From: Paraphysomonas bandaiensis
Lineage: Eukaryota > Protista > Chrysophyceae
Direction: 5' to 3'
NCBI GenBank assembly: GCA_965644295.1
Contig: CBFFRP010000427.1
Coordinates: forward strand, 1-64,000
Length of the DNA stretch: 64,000 bases
Of this stretch, positions 42,687-54,746 are shown in pieces; position 1 is the stretch's first letter, and the number at the start of each line of letters is the position of its first letter. The position numbers were made by a program, and so were the translations under genes. The notes under the pieces are model-generated. The model was not told where the DNA came from. It saw only the letters and a program-made list of their open reading frames with translations, and ran no database searches.

Positions 42687-43171
42687 CCCTCAACAAAGTC
42701 GGACTCGCACCTTTCCGTGGTGTTCTGGGGCTGGGGGATAAGTACCGGAGAGATTCTCTCTGGGAAACTAACGTGAGCCGCAAACATAGTCAGCAGATAT
42801 TGTTCTGCTCACTCATAGCCGAATGCTTGTGTGGTACAAGGGACACCAATAAGTGTCACTTGTGTAGACGTCTTTGGGCCCTGACGAATAAATAGACATC
42901 CGGGACAGGGCCCACCTGAAGGGTAACCGGGGTATTGGACTGCCTGCTGAAGTCAAGCATCCGGGATGTTCACCTTAAGAACTCAGAGCGGAAGTGGTCG
43001 CACATTGGTGCTTGCGGCGACGCATAAGCAGCTTTCGTAGCCTTAAATAGCAGGATAAAAAAGTGTGTACTGATTAGTTACAGGTAGAGGTCTAACTAGT
43101 TTGTCTAGCATTAATCTAGCTACTAAGTTGGTGCAGGTTTTTAACGCCTATTGCTAATAATAAGACTTTCA
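42687..43171 (-). mobile_element. Family X copy with both ends, inverted
   Basis: CCCTCAACAAAGTCGG...TAATAATAAGACTTTCA, flanked by TAGGTGTATATAT (42674-42686) and TAGGTGTATAGAG (43177-43189). Confidence 0.88.
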
Positions 43172-43700
43172 AAATATAGGTGTATAGAGTATTACTGCTA
43201 TCTAGCAAAAGCACTAAAAATGTAAAAACTAATATACTGATGGCTATTATTCCACGAAAGCTGCTTGTGAGCAGGATTCACATAGGCGATTATTTCCTTT
43301 TTTCTATAACCAGATCTCGGCTATATCCCTATATCTTTTCCTTTTAGCGTCTATCGTACGTATACTGTATAATATTGTATGTATACTTGGAGACGTTTTT
43401 TGACAAAGCCGACCAGCCCTCCACTTGTCGGAGTGTAGATGGTCCAACTCGAAATGAAAATATTGTTGTCAAAATAATAAGACAACAATTAGCCCTACAC
43501 TCATCTTCCATACGAAAAACACACACAACAAGACCGGACTGGTCCGCTTGTTGAAAAACGTCTCCTTAGTAGAAGGGTATACTGTATATAGTACGTATAT
43601 TGGTATGGTGTACAGTGTCATAGAGGAGTGGAATCATTATTCTAACGGTCCAATTATTACGATATATCACAGAGAAGAAGAAAGAGAACAGCGATCGAAA

Positions 43701-44797
43701 TGTTTAGTTTTGCTGTTCGATAGCAACTAAAAGCTGTAGTTCAAAGATAATTGAAATAATATGACTGTAAATGGAAGAATACAGAAGTGGTAACTGTATT
43801 ATGAGGACTAAGGTATGTCATAATCGCAATCGTAGTAGTGAAACTGAAATATATTGACCGTATAAGGTTTTATGGAAGAAATGATTGGTAGTTGAGACAA
43901 CATGAATTTAGTGAATGGCAAGTGATTTTGATCATAACTTTATATTTATGTATGTTACTATATTATGTTTCTAACTTTTATAAGATCAGCATAGAGTGAA
44001 AGTATTGTTCAGTTTTGTCATTTTCTAATATTGTAGCGGATGGTTCGTAGTTTATTCGGTTCAGTGGAAAGAGTTATTGATATTATAAGCATGTTTTAGT
44101 GATAATGCAACTGTCTAACAACTGTTTGCTACGGTGGATATCTCACCTGACAGTCCGTTTTACAAGTATCACTGCAGGGAAGGTATCAGGCTATATGTGT
44201 GCTGCTGGTATTCAGGAAGTGGTGTAACTTCGGGGGGCGTTGGCAAATCGGGACTTCGTTTGTGCGAACCCACTCCATTTTTCTTGTGCGTAAGCATGTT
44301 GATCCAGAAGGACCATTCAACACTGCGATATTGTATGTATCACGTTGGGACAGATGGTCAAACTGCAGATATATTTCCAAAATCTTTATGTGGTGTGACT
44401 TATGAGAGATGAGATGTCATCAGTGGAGGTTATTAGAGAGGCTCGCTGAAATGTCGGAGTCATAAGTCCACCTATTTCTCCTATTGGTTGTTGCTTATCC
44501 GGCAGTTATATTTCGTTATATGAAGAGTCTCTCTACACAGCTCTCAATTAAGAGAGAGTGTTGGGTTTTGAGTTCGAGAACAACTAAAAGCTGTAGTTCA
44601 AAGATATTTGAATTACGACTGTTAATGAAAGAATACAGAAGTGGTAACTGTATTATGAGGACTAAGGTATGTCATAATCGCAGGCGTAGTAGTGAAACTG
44701 AAATATATTGACCGTATAAGGTTTTATGGAAATGATTGGTAGTTGAGACAACATGAATTTAGTGAATGGCAAGTGATTTTGATCATAACTTTATATA
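43701..44797 (+). mobile_element. Heavily deleted copia-type element: two ~240-bp LTR copies flanking an RNase H C-terminal relic
   Basis: Direct repeats ~43701-43945 and ~44559-44797, PPT AAGAGAGAG before TGTTGGG, and internal HVGTDGQTADIFPKSL. Confidence 0.75.
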
Positions 44798-45829
44798 GGA
44801 CGGCATGATAAAACTATTCTCTGAATGATGAATAAGAGTCATACATTCATTGTACCACCATCCTCGTCATTGTACCACTCTCATACTGAAGAGCTTCCAA
44901 ATGATATTTTGATTGAAGTTTGTGGTCATATGTATTGGTAACGGAGGTGACTACATTCTGGATGACGAAAGTATTTCTACAACTCAGAAAGCAATATCAA
45001 GTATAATAGAGGCAGTTCATAGTACAGTCCATCGGCAGTTCATATGAGAGTGCATGCAACAGTTTAGATGACAGTGCACCACGTGCACTACTTTCTAAAA
45101 GAGTGATAAAAGACAGCTAAAAGATAAAAGTAATGTTATAGTTCGGCAGTTAAAAGTAAATTATTACTATATGGAGCGAAGCACACATCATACAAAACCA
45201 AATATATTAACACGTAAATAATAACTATATTACACATGGGGTAATAGAGATTTCCCACCACACACAACTAAACACGCGAATTACACTTCCACTCCCAGCA
45301 TATCTGCAGCTTGTTGCCAAGAAAGAGTTTCCCAGTGTCTTCTTGCTGGCAATATATTATACCATCTTATCACATATAAATGGTATAGTACATAGTATCA
45401 TACGTTACTATATTATCATATTATATTACTATAGTACCCGATGGGATATGTGTGAGTACTCCGCAGTTCTGAGTCGTAATATTATCTGTATCACAGCCTA
45501 TAAGTTAGTGACGCAAAATATTTACACGCATGTAGGTATACATATATATTATACATACATTACTTTACTGGTGCTATACATTCTATAAAGCTTAGGCTAT
45601 AGGACTCATCACACAAAACAAGCTATATAAGCTCATTATACAATTCAACGATACATACATTGCATGCGTTTTGTGAATGATTCGAAAGGGGTGACTTCTT
45701 CAATAAATTCCTCTCCACAGTACATCCACAGCTGAAATATCATACTTGTAAGTAATCTTTTACGACGAAATATGACACCTTAACCCCACTCACTGTATTA
45801 TGTACAGTACAAATCGTAATACATATACG

Positions 45830-46056
45830 AGTCGTAATTGGGTGACTACCTAAATTGCACAAACACATAAATGCATAAAAAATAGGCTGCATAAACTCAT
45901 GAATTTATGCAGATTTATGTTTTCTTAGGAGACCTGTACAAACTATTCTATATGCATAAACATATGCAGAAACTGGGTCTGAATAGATTTTTATAATCCC
46001 AGACTTTTTATGCATATATGTACAGTATTTATGCAATTTATACCCAATTATTGACT
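45830..46056. mobile_element. MITE-like element with imperfect terminal inverted repeats
   Basis: AGTCGTAATTGGGT..TAAATTGCACAAA versus TTTATGCAATTTA..ACCCAATTATTGACT, with internal ATGCATAAA/TTTATGCA repeats. Confidence 0.5.
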
Positions 46057-46363
46057 ATACTTTTCCCAAAATCCTGCGTTTCTAGAACAGTGTTCGAAAA
46101 TCAGTGTTTTTTCATTTTCTGTCTATTTTTCGAAGTACAGTTGATTGTACTTCAACACACATTACGACGTAGGAATTCCTACACAGAAGGAGAGGGAAAG
46201 GGGATTGCCACTCACAGCAACGTATTTGCAGAAATATAGAATTTAACTGTACCATCGTAAGGCATGATTTGGGGAATTAGCGCAGCTATACTCATAGTGT
46301 GCACACACGAGATGCTTTATTCTTTACATAGCATTATTCCTGCATGTTATAGCATATACAGTC

Positions 46364-49300
46364 ATGAAGTTAGCCAAGTTGTTTGGTATAAATCGGCCAC
46401 CAACCGGTCATTTCAATCGGCGCTCGGAAATGAGCAGCTGTCAATCAAATGAATCGGTCACAGATGCTTACTATGCAGTGTCTGGGGCGAGGGCAAGGTC
46501 ACTTGTGACAACTTTTGAGCCTGGCAACGATTCCTCCCTCACAAGCGCATTTGCAGTGGAACAATGTGCTTCTTTTTGTCCAAGCCACCTCAGTTCTGTT
46601 CCTCCTATTGGAAACAGTTGGTTTTTCAATGGGTGTTGCATGCTCGCCGATATATCGGGGTTTACTAAGCTGTCGAGTGCATTATGTGCTGAGGGTGCCG
46701 TTGGTCTCGATAAGTTGCGATTAATAACGGACGATTCATTCGCAAAATTTGTAAATATTATATATTCGCATGGTGGAGATGGTAAATATGCTTAATGATG
46801 CGTATGCATTTCATAATACTTTGTAGTTATCGCGTTTGCCGGTGATTGTCTCGTCTGCGTGTTTCTGCCTGATCCCCAGGAAGCAACTCTCCAAGGGTGT
46901 TCATTGCGTGCTGTTCAGTGTGGGCTCGATATCACTAAATGTGTAATGGATGGTACGCAAACCCATGTTGCTGTATCTTCTGGAAGAATGTGCATGGCTC
47001 TCCTTGGAGGACATAACTACCAGCGTGCTTATGTCATGAATGGTCCTTGTCTGGAGAGTGCTGGTACATGTCTCAGCCACGCCGGAGCGCAGGAACTTGT
47101 TATAACTGGTGGTGTGCTAAAACCCATCGAAGGGATGGTCATGAGCAGTCTAGTTACTGAACACCGAGGCACTGAGAACTTCTTCAAGGTGACCCACTGC
47201 TTTCCCTCTGGAAAGGTAGTTATCACCCGTTGCATTGTTTTCGGTTCTCTAACTCGCATTTGTGTAGGCTGTAGAGAGGTGTTGGCGTGTACCACAGTAT
47301 GACCGTCCAGGAGGATGTTCCGTCGATAGCATGGTGAGCTGTGTACCAGCACCAGTGGCAGAGGCCATAAGGTTTGATGTTCTCAGTAGTATTAAGGAGA
47401 TCCGTACCGTCACAACGTTATTTATGCGGTTGGATACCTACAATTCAATGGATTTCGAAGATGTTAAGACCCTTCAACCCTTCTTCATAGTCATGCAGAA
47501 GTGTTTAGAGGAATGCGGAGGATTTCTACGACAGTTTCTTATCGATGATAAAGGCTGTGTATTAATAGGCCTTTGGGGTGTTCCCACTGCAACCCATCCT
47601 GCGAACTGCTCTAAAGCTCTCCGATGCGCTGTCCTGATGAAACATCACGCTCGTGCTCTTGACTTATCTGTATCAATTGGTATTACTACAGGTAGTGCCT
47701 ACTGTGGCACCGTTGGAACGGACTACCGTCGAGATTATGTCGCAATCGGTCGCTCTGTTAATTTGGCCGCCCGTCTGATGGTGAAAGCCGCAGGGCGCAT
47801 TTTGTTGGACAAAGAAACACTTGTAAAACTTCCCCTAGATATATCCACGCTAACCTCACCTACCGAAGAACTAAATATGAAGGGCATTCCACAAGGGGAG
47901 AAGTACCATTGTTACGACTCGACCGTTATTCCTCGGCGGGTTGAGGCTGATGTAAGGGAGGATTTTTTCTTGGGTATAGAGGGTTACATTCGCCGCAGAT
48001 TAAATATCGTAATCGATATCGTTGGATCGGCTGTTGATAACTCATCCGAACAACATGCATCAGATATAGATTTGTCGCAAACCGCTGTAGAAATGCTTAC
48101 AGGTCAGGCTGATGACGCACGGCATTCCTCTCAATGGCAACCTCTATCAAGTGTATCAACTAGCAGCGTCATATCGTTTACTCCTGTACTCTCTCCTCGA
48201 TCCCCTGTGCGATTTAGCTACAAGAAAAATTCTACCCCTCCAACAGAAGTATTCGTTATCAAAGGAATTTCTGGATCAGGTAGTGTTTCACTGATTTCTT
48301 GTTTATAAACTAACGGTGAATAATATTCAGGGAAAACGGCTATTGTAAACCATCTTATTCACCGATTATCTGTTCACGAGAAAAATCAACAACTACTTAA
48401 GCGGCGGAGCGTCTATGTGTCCCTTCGTCGCGACAATGATACCAATCAATGGAGCTCGATTCGTAAAATATTCTTCGCGCTTCTTCCTGAAATGAATAAC
48501 TTCAGAGCATGCACAGAGAGGGAGGTTATTGTTGAGTTATTCAGGAATGCGTTTCCAGATTACTCGTGTAAAATGTTGGGTAGTTATATATTTCCTTTGG
48601 TCCGTAATATTCTCGGAATTAGCTGGGAATGGTTTGACGGTGACCAAAACATATCCGACCCGAGAAAAGAATTGTCTAGGGAGAGTGCTACTGTAATGGC
48701 GGAACTGATATATTATATGTTAAGCTCTGGAATATCTATTTTAGCAATCGATAATGCGCACTTCCTATGTGTAAAATCGTGGGAGGTGATGACACTCCTT
48801 GGTACGATGGGCTGCAGCGCGTTATTAGTTTTAACCATTCGAGTTCATGGCACATCCTCTGGAATTTCTTCTTTAGGCGCTCTAATTTCAGACGACAGCA
48901 GCCTAAGGAGTCCCACGAAAGATGATTTATTAGAGTCAACATTTAGTAGATCTACAATGTTTTCTCGCCAAAAAGAAAATAACTTATCATCTACTGTAGT
49001 TCCATCCAGGTAATATAATAGAATTTGTACATGTCTTTTGTATTTATTTCGTTAAGCAGGCATTCAGCGGAATATGTTCACTTTTGCGAAGCATTGCACC
49101 CTGGGTGTCTGCATAGCTTAACCTTGAGACCGCTGGCTGAACGGACTATTGCTTGGATTTTACGTCATGGAGTGTTATTTACGCTTTCTGACGAAAGTGT
49201 TGGTGTGATTTGCTCTATATCTCAAGGAAACCCATTTCTTCTGTGGAGTATTATTTCCCATCTAAAGGACATGCAGACAGATGATATTGATAGCGTGGTA

Positions 49301-50209
49301 TCTAACCTTAAAGATAGTTCCCTTACAGTATCTATGCTGGAAAGGGTGCCACAGATTAACAGGGTGATTGTCAAAGCTGCTAGTATTATCGGTGCAGAGT
49401 TTGATATCGAAGTGCTGAGAGAGGTCTTACCGAAAGAGCACGAGGAGCTTATGGATACTGCCTAGCGATATTTAGAGAACACAGGGTTTCTGGTGTCGAT
49501 ATGTGATGGCGTCATGGGATTTACCAGCGGCCTAATGAGAAAATATATTTACGAGCTAGTGCCACCTAGGTGAGATTATATATAATGTTTTCTACGTTCA
49601 CAACATTGACATTTTTACATTGTAGTGATGCCCAAGCCATTCATGCTGAAGTCGCGAATTCCATTGTTCGCTTGCATAATCAGGAGTTGGCGCCACACAT
49701 GTTTAGGTAATTCTAATAATATTACATCAGAATTTATCAGTGACGCACTATATTACAGCCTGTGTTATCACTATAGCAGGAGCGATCCTAAGGTTTACGA
49801 ACAGTTGGCATTTGGGTGTGCATGTCAAGCTGTTGAGTTGTGTATTAAGCACCAAGAAATTGAGACTTTTTTACCGTATCTAGAGCTTGCGGCAAAGCGA
49901 TGCAGCGATAGACAAAGCAAATCGAGATTACTAAATTTGTTGGCGGAATGCGTTGCCACTACCACGTCAAAATTAGATAATATTCCCAATTCAGATTCGT
50001 TGGAAACAGCAGCTCTGAATTACACGTTGGAGAAGCTCCAGTGCATGTATTCAACACAGAAACAGTCCGCAGGAATTGCAACTTTTATTGCCCACAGGTG
50101 CAATGCAATTACTCAAGCTGTGAGTTTTATAAGTGCCACAAGAAAGGTCACTCCATCCGTCTTGTATTCTGTAGAAAAGGACCCTGTAAAGAAGGTGGTT
50201 AAAGACTGA
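46364..50209 (+). CDS. Soluble-type (ADCY10-like) adenylate cyclase: tandem class III cyclase domains + P-loop NTPase region; in-frame TAG at 49463
   Basis: ADISGFT and GD|VIAFAGD (C1), QFLIDDKG and GRSVNLAARLM (C2), Walker A GISGS|GKT, Walker B LAIDNAH, SQGNPF and AASIIG. Confidence 0.88.
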
Positions 50210-51837
50210 GCTCCGTTTGATCATACTTCACTTTTGGTCCTTACATAACCTTGTTTTTTTTTGCGTTGGCAATATAGCCTATTTCATTGATTATTTTCTC
50301 TGATACCTTATTTGAGAATTGTTGTAAATTAATTAATCATAAAAATGATGTAAATTACCAATGCGTTTAAGTTGAATGTTACTAGTATTACAGTTTGGAC
50401 TAGTCGAACTTTCTACAATGTAATATCTTCGAGTGTTGAGATCTGAAGATTCTATATTCTTGCGATTGAGTGCAGTATTATGTGAGATGCTTGCCAAGGA
50501 TCGGAAGATATATTATATGTAATTACTACATTATATTATTGTGTAGTATGAAGCTGAAGTAGAAGTAGGTGACTATACAGGATACGATCACTGAGTGTGT
50601 GGTTTGTACACTATAGTAGTAAATGAATGGTGTTGAACACATCGAATACAACTTAGATTCTTTATCATGTAATGGTGTGGTAGGATCCCATGCAACCCTT
50701 GCCATTTTGGTCAGGGCGTTGTGGAACCATGGAAGAGGGTGTTGTTGCCTGTGGAGTTTGTCAAGAAGTTGAGTTTGCTATGTTTGGAAGGCGTGTTCAC
50801 GTATTTGGGCAACCTCCGGATGTGTGCATTGGAGGAGCATGTGTGCCATGTTATCCGTTGTGTAGTCGCAATCTGTGCATTTGGCTGCTGTGGTGAGGTC
50901 ATCTCCAATTTTTTCCTTGGCTCATCGCGTAGGTTTTGTCCCCACAGGATGTGGTCTTGGAATGAGACGTAGCAGTTGGGGGAATTATTGGTGCGGAGGG
51001 GGTGAAGTTTGTGTGGAAGCCTGGTACCACTACATGTCCAATACTGTGGGTCTCGGTTTGTACGTGTGGCGTACGTGCCGTGTCTCGTGAGTGTGTATTG
51101 GTGGATGTCCCATTGGTGTTGGAGCTCGGTGACATCCCCTAGCATGGGGCAACTGTCTGTGAGTAGATATTTGTCGTATCTCTCCAGTGCTATTTTGGCC
51201 AGTTGTGAAGAATTCCTCTAGGATGTGTGTGACTTCAGTCCTGACTACGTTGTAGTTGGAGGCGCCTAGTATTTTGTTTATCGTTGTCCAATTTTGGGGT
51301 TCAACGTTTGGGGTGGGAGCGAACCCATTTAATTGGACGCTGTCTGTGATGTTCTGTGACGAGGCATTCATAAATGATGCCCTCCTGGGGCTTTGTACTG
51401 AGTGCTCGCCTCCTGCTTGTGAGGGCTTGTGTGGTTCGTGTTTGTACTGCCTGAAAGTCAGTGCAAATAGGCACAGTGCGTTATACGGCTTTATATGCAC
51501 AATACCCGTTGGCTGGGGCGGTTGAGGCTGATCGGGATGTAGAGTTTGAACTTCATTTCCCTTAGTCCACGCGGAGTGATACTCCATATCACCCACCATT
51601 GCGGTGGTATCCTGGTGCAGTAGACCCCTGAATTTGATAAGCTGCTGCCACAGAACAGAAGCCGGGTGACGGTATAGTGGGACCAGCAGGCTGTTGGGAC
51701 TGGATAGATCAGGATAGTAATGTGGAGTTGGTGGAAGAGATCCTCTCGCAGGGACGCATTTGGCCGGTGTTGTCGTAGGCAGCCCAGTTGTTGGTGAATA
51801 AATTGGTGAAAGGGAGTGTGTTGTTCTGTTGTGGGGG

Positions 51838-51855
51838 CTAGGGTTAGGGTTAGGG
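51838..51855 (+). repeat. Short interstitial telomere-like repeat (CTAGGG TTAGGG TTAGGG)
   Basis: Read directly from the sequence. Confidence 0.6.
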
Positions 51856-53059
51856 CTACAGCGGGGTTGATGTTGCAGCTGTGGGGGAAGTGGGAACAGT
51901 CGTGGTGGACAGAGGAGTGAAGGGAATTGAGGTGTGGGAGCGATACAGGAATTCAGGACAGTATCGGTGAGACGAGAATTTTGTGGGATTTTCTTCGCGT
52001 GGGCTGTTACCGTGAGAGGTTAGTGGGAGACTGCTGGAGCAACTTTCGTAGTGTAAGATTTTACGAACACAATATTCATTTGACTGGTTCTCTCAGTTGA
52101 AGAATGGGAAGATATTCTATCATTCTATATACTTGCTTCGCTGGCATACCATCACGACTGGCTTTTAGAAACTCTTTTACCAAATCATCCCTTGTTTCTT
52201 TACCAAGCATTATGTCAAAAAATGATAGATAATAATGTTTTGGTTAATGGCGCGGTTTCCACCTTGACAGTTTACGTGATGTACATCACAGAAATTAAAA
52301 CAAGATGTGCATCACGGAATGTAGAGCGAATTCCTACACAAGAAGAGCAAACCACATCACGAGAGAATTCAGCAAAGTTTCTAAACTTTTTTGTATGAGT
52401 ATGAGCCCGAATGCTTGTTATTGGACAACTAGAAAACGAATGGCACCGTCGACGTTTTATTATAGATTCTTATCTAGTTTTATTCAATTCCAGTATATAT
52501 GTGTAGTACATATAATATATATTATGTGATCCGGTAAAGCTCTCTACCCACAAGATAAAACGGATCGTGCCTGCTCAAGAATACGTGAATGCATTATTAT
52601 TTGGAAATAGCAGGGTCAAATCAAATATCTGAGACTTTGGAATTCGCCTTCTTCATATCTCACTATCGTTTTTCGCGGCTGACTTACACTTCTTCCTGTA
52701 TCTGTTCCTTATTCTTAGTTTGTTCCATTTTACCATTACCTTAGGGTTAGTAACATTCGATACTTAGTAACACTTACATTCGACACGTACGTAGTAACCT
52801 TATGACACTTAGTAACATCACACTTTATTAGTAACACTTACTTCTACATTAGTATTGATATATACATAAAATATACAGTCACACCATATGTATACACACA
52901 ATATATATACATATAAAGTTTACCATTCCAGGATGTTCAAACTTATTGACTAGGTTGAATAATATTTCCCATTGACTACGCTGTGTGCTGATTAAACAAA
53001 GCGGTGTGTGTTAAGTGTTGAGTACATGTATGTATGTATGTATGTATGAATGCATGTAT

Positions 53060-53328
53060 TATTGAGAATTGCTCATTTTAAGCTAGATCACAGAGAGAAT
53101 TTGTCGTAAGACTAGATAGATTTATTAATATCGTTTACACGAAGTTGTGATAACCACAACTCTCATTATAATCCCTGCATAATATCCTAAATATGCGAAC
53201 CTCTCGTTACTGAACATATCTTGAAAGATCAAACTATTTCAGATTCTCAATATCATCACAGTATTTGTACATCATCACTATATTTCACTGTATTCTCGTA
53301 CATTGTCTTCAAGTGACATATTCTAATA
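53060..53328 (-). repeat. copia-2 3' LTR
   Basis: Reverse complement begins TATTAGAATATG after PPT GAGTGGGAG; a diverged version of the copia-1 LTR. Confidence 0.85.
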
Positions 53329-53486
53329 CTCCCACTCAATGTAGAATGGAGTGAGATAAAACAATAGTGATCACAATAATCTGATAATCACAATGCTATG
53401 ACTATCTAGTCCCATCATAGGTAAAACAGATGTGAAATCTTTTAAAGATACATATATAACTAGCAGTCAACTAGACATACAGTTAT

Positions 53487-54697
53487 TGAAAATCTGATTA
53501 TTAAGAAGCGCAAGCTTGTGCGTTGCCGCGACCAACCTAACAACTCGCGCGACACTATGCATAACATGACTCTCATCTAGTTACTATTGCATGCACCGAC
53601 AAGTGCTCAACTATACAACACGATTTAGTTAGCTACATGGGCATACGACGAGTTGCGTGTTTAAGCCGGATCATACGCTCCTGCCCAATCTACTTGTCCT
53701 AACACAAACAACTTGCGGTCGGTGTCTTCGGCATATGTCTCCTGTATATGCGGCAGATCTTTAGGGCCCTCTTCAAGGTGGTGTTCACAGCAGCAGGTAG
53801 TCTGGAAGGGAGAATAAAGTAGCTCTATAGCGCCGGGTCCTCCCACGGTCACGAAGCGGTCTCACTGGTGCAATTTTGCACACTGACGCATGAAACAGAC
53901 ATCTACCAAAATCTGTTACAAATTCAAGCTGACTCCAATGTCTTCCCTCCATTGTGTGCACTCATCCAGCACATGCATCCACCTTGCACTCTTCTCCCGA
54001 GTGACTTTTACACTAGTAGGAAACCGTGCACCTTCCCCGCTCGGATGAAAACCTACTAAGCAAGAATAACATAAAAGCACCACAAATGTACCTGACACTG
54101 CTTGGAGAACAGTGCCAGAGCCTTGATATAATCTCAATGACCTGGGTCAGGAGAAACCAAGACTAGGCAGTAGACGTGTGAGAAGACATGACAGGTCTAA
54201 TCACATCATTGCCATTGCCATGCATCCATGAGGAAAGTTTGACGCATTACCTCGGTCATTGGCCACACAGATACCGAATAATGTGAACTCATACTCAGCA
54301 TCAATCACTCAAAGCAAACGCAGGGAGCAAGCAGAATGTTGATATACCTGACATCTGCTGACTTCAGGTGTTTTGAGTTCTTAAGGTGAACATCCCGGAT
54401 GCTTAACTTCAGCAGGCAGCCCAATACCCCGGTTACCCTTCTGGTGGGCCCTGTCCCGGATGCCCTTGAGGTGGGCCCATTCCCGGATGCCTGTTTATTC
54501 GTCAGGGCCCAAAGACGTCTACACAAGTGACACTTATTAGTGTCCCTTGTACCACACAAGCATTTGGCTATGAGTGGGCAGAACAATATATCTGCTGACT
54601 ATATAATATGCGGCTCACGTTAGTTTCCCGGAGAAATATCTCCGGTACTTATCCCCCAGAACACCACGAAAAGGTGCGAGTCCGACTTTGTTGAGGG
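53487..54697 (+). mobile_element. Family X long copy (1211 bp) inserted in the copia-2 3' UTR
   Basis: TGAAAATCTGATTATTA...GTTGAGGG with a 15-bp TSD TAGA(C/T)ATACAGTTAT (53472-53486 and 54698-54712). The homologous empty site is present once in copia-1 (~13922-13936). Confidence 0.9.
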
Positions 54698-54746
54698 TAG
54701 ATATACAGTTATGTGGTATTTTCACCCACTAAAACACACCTCTAAC

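Noticed and set aside
42880-42990. Hammerhead ribozyme at CTGACGA in family X
   Set aside because: No downstream GAAA core with closing stems. CTGAC is better explained as an intron branch point.
49463-49465. Stop-codon reassignment (TAG as sense)
   Set aside because: Only one instance. Other long ORFs are open under the standard code and gypsy pol terminates at TAG.
52740-52850. Degenerate TTAGTAACAC minisatellite as a telomere or array
   Set aside because: Few irregular copies with no consistent period.
53487-54707. Family X long copy read as a TG...CA solo LTR with a 5-bp TSD GTTAT
   Set aside because: The empty site in copia-1 shows that TAGATATACA belongs to the target (15-bp duplication). 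The 15113 copy ends at GAGGG without it, and the 42687 copy has no matching 5-bp TSD.
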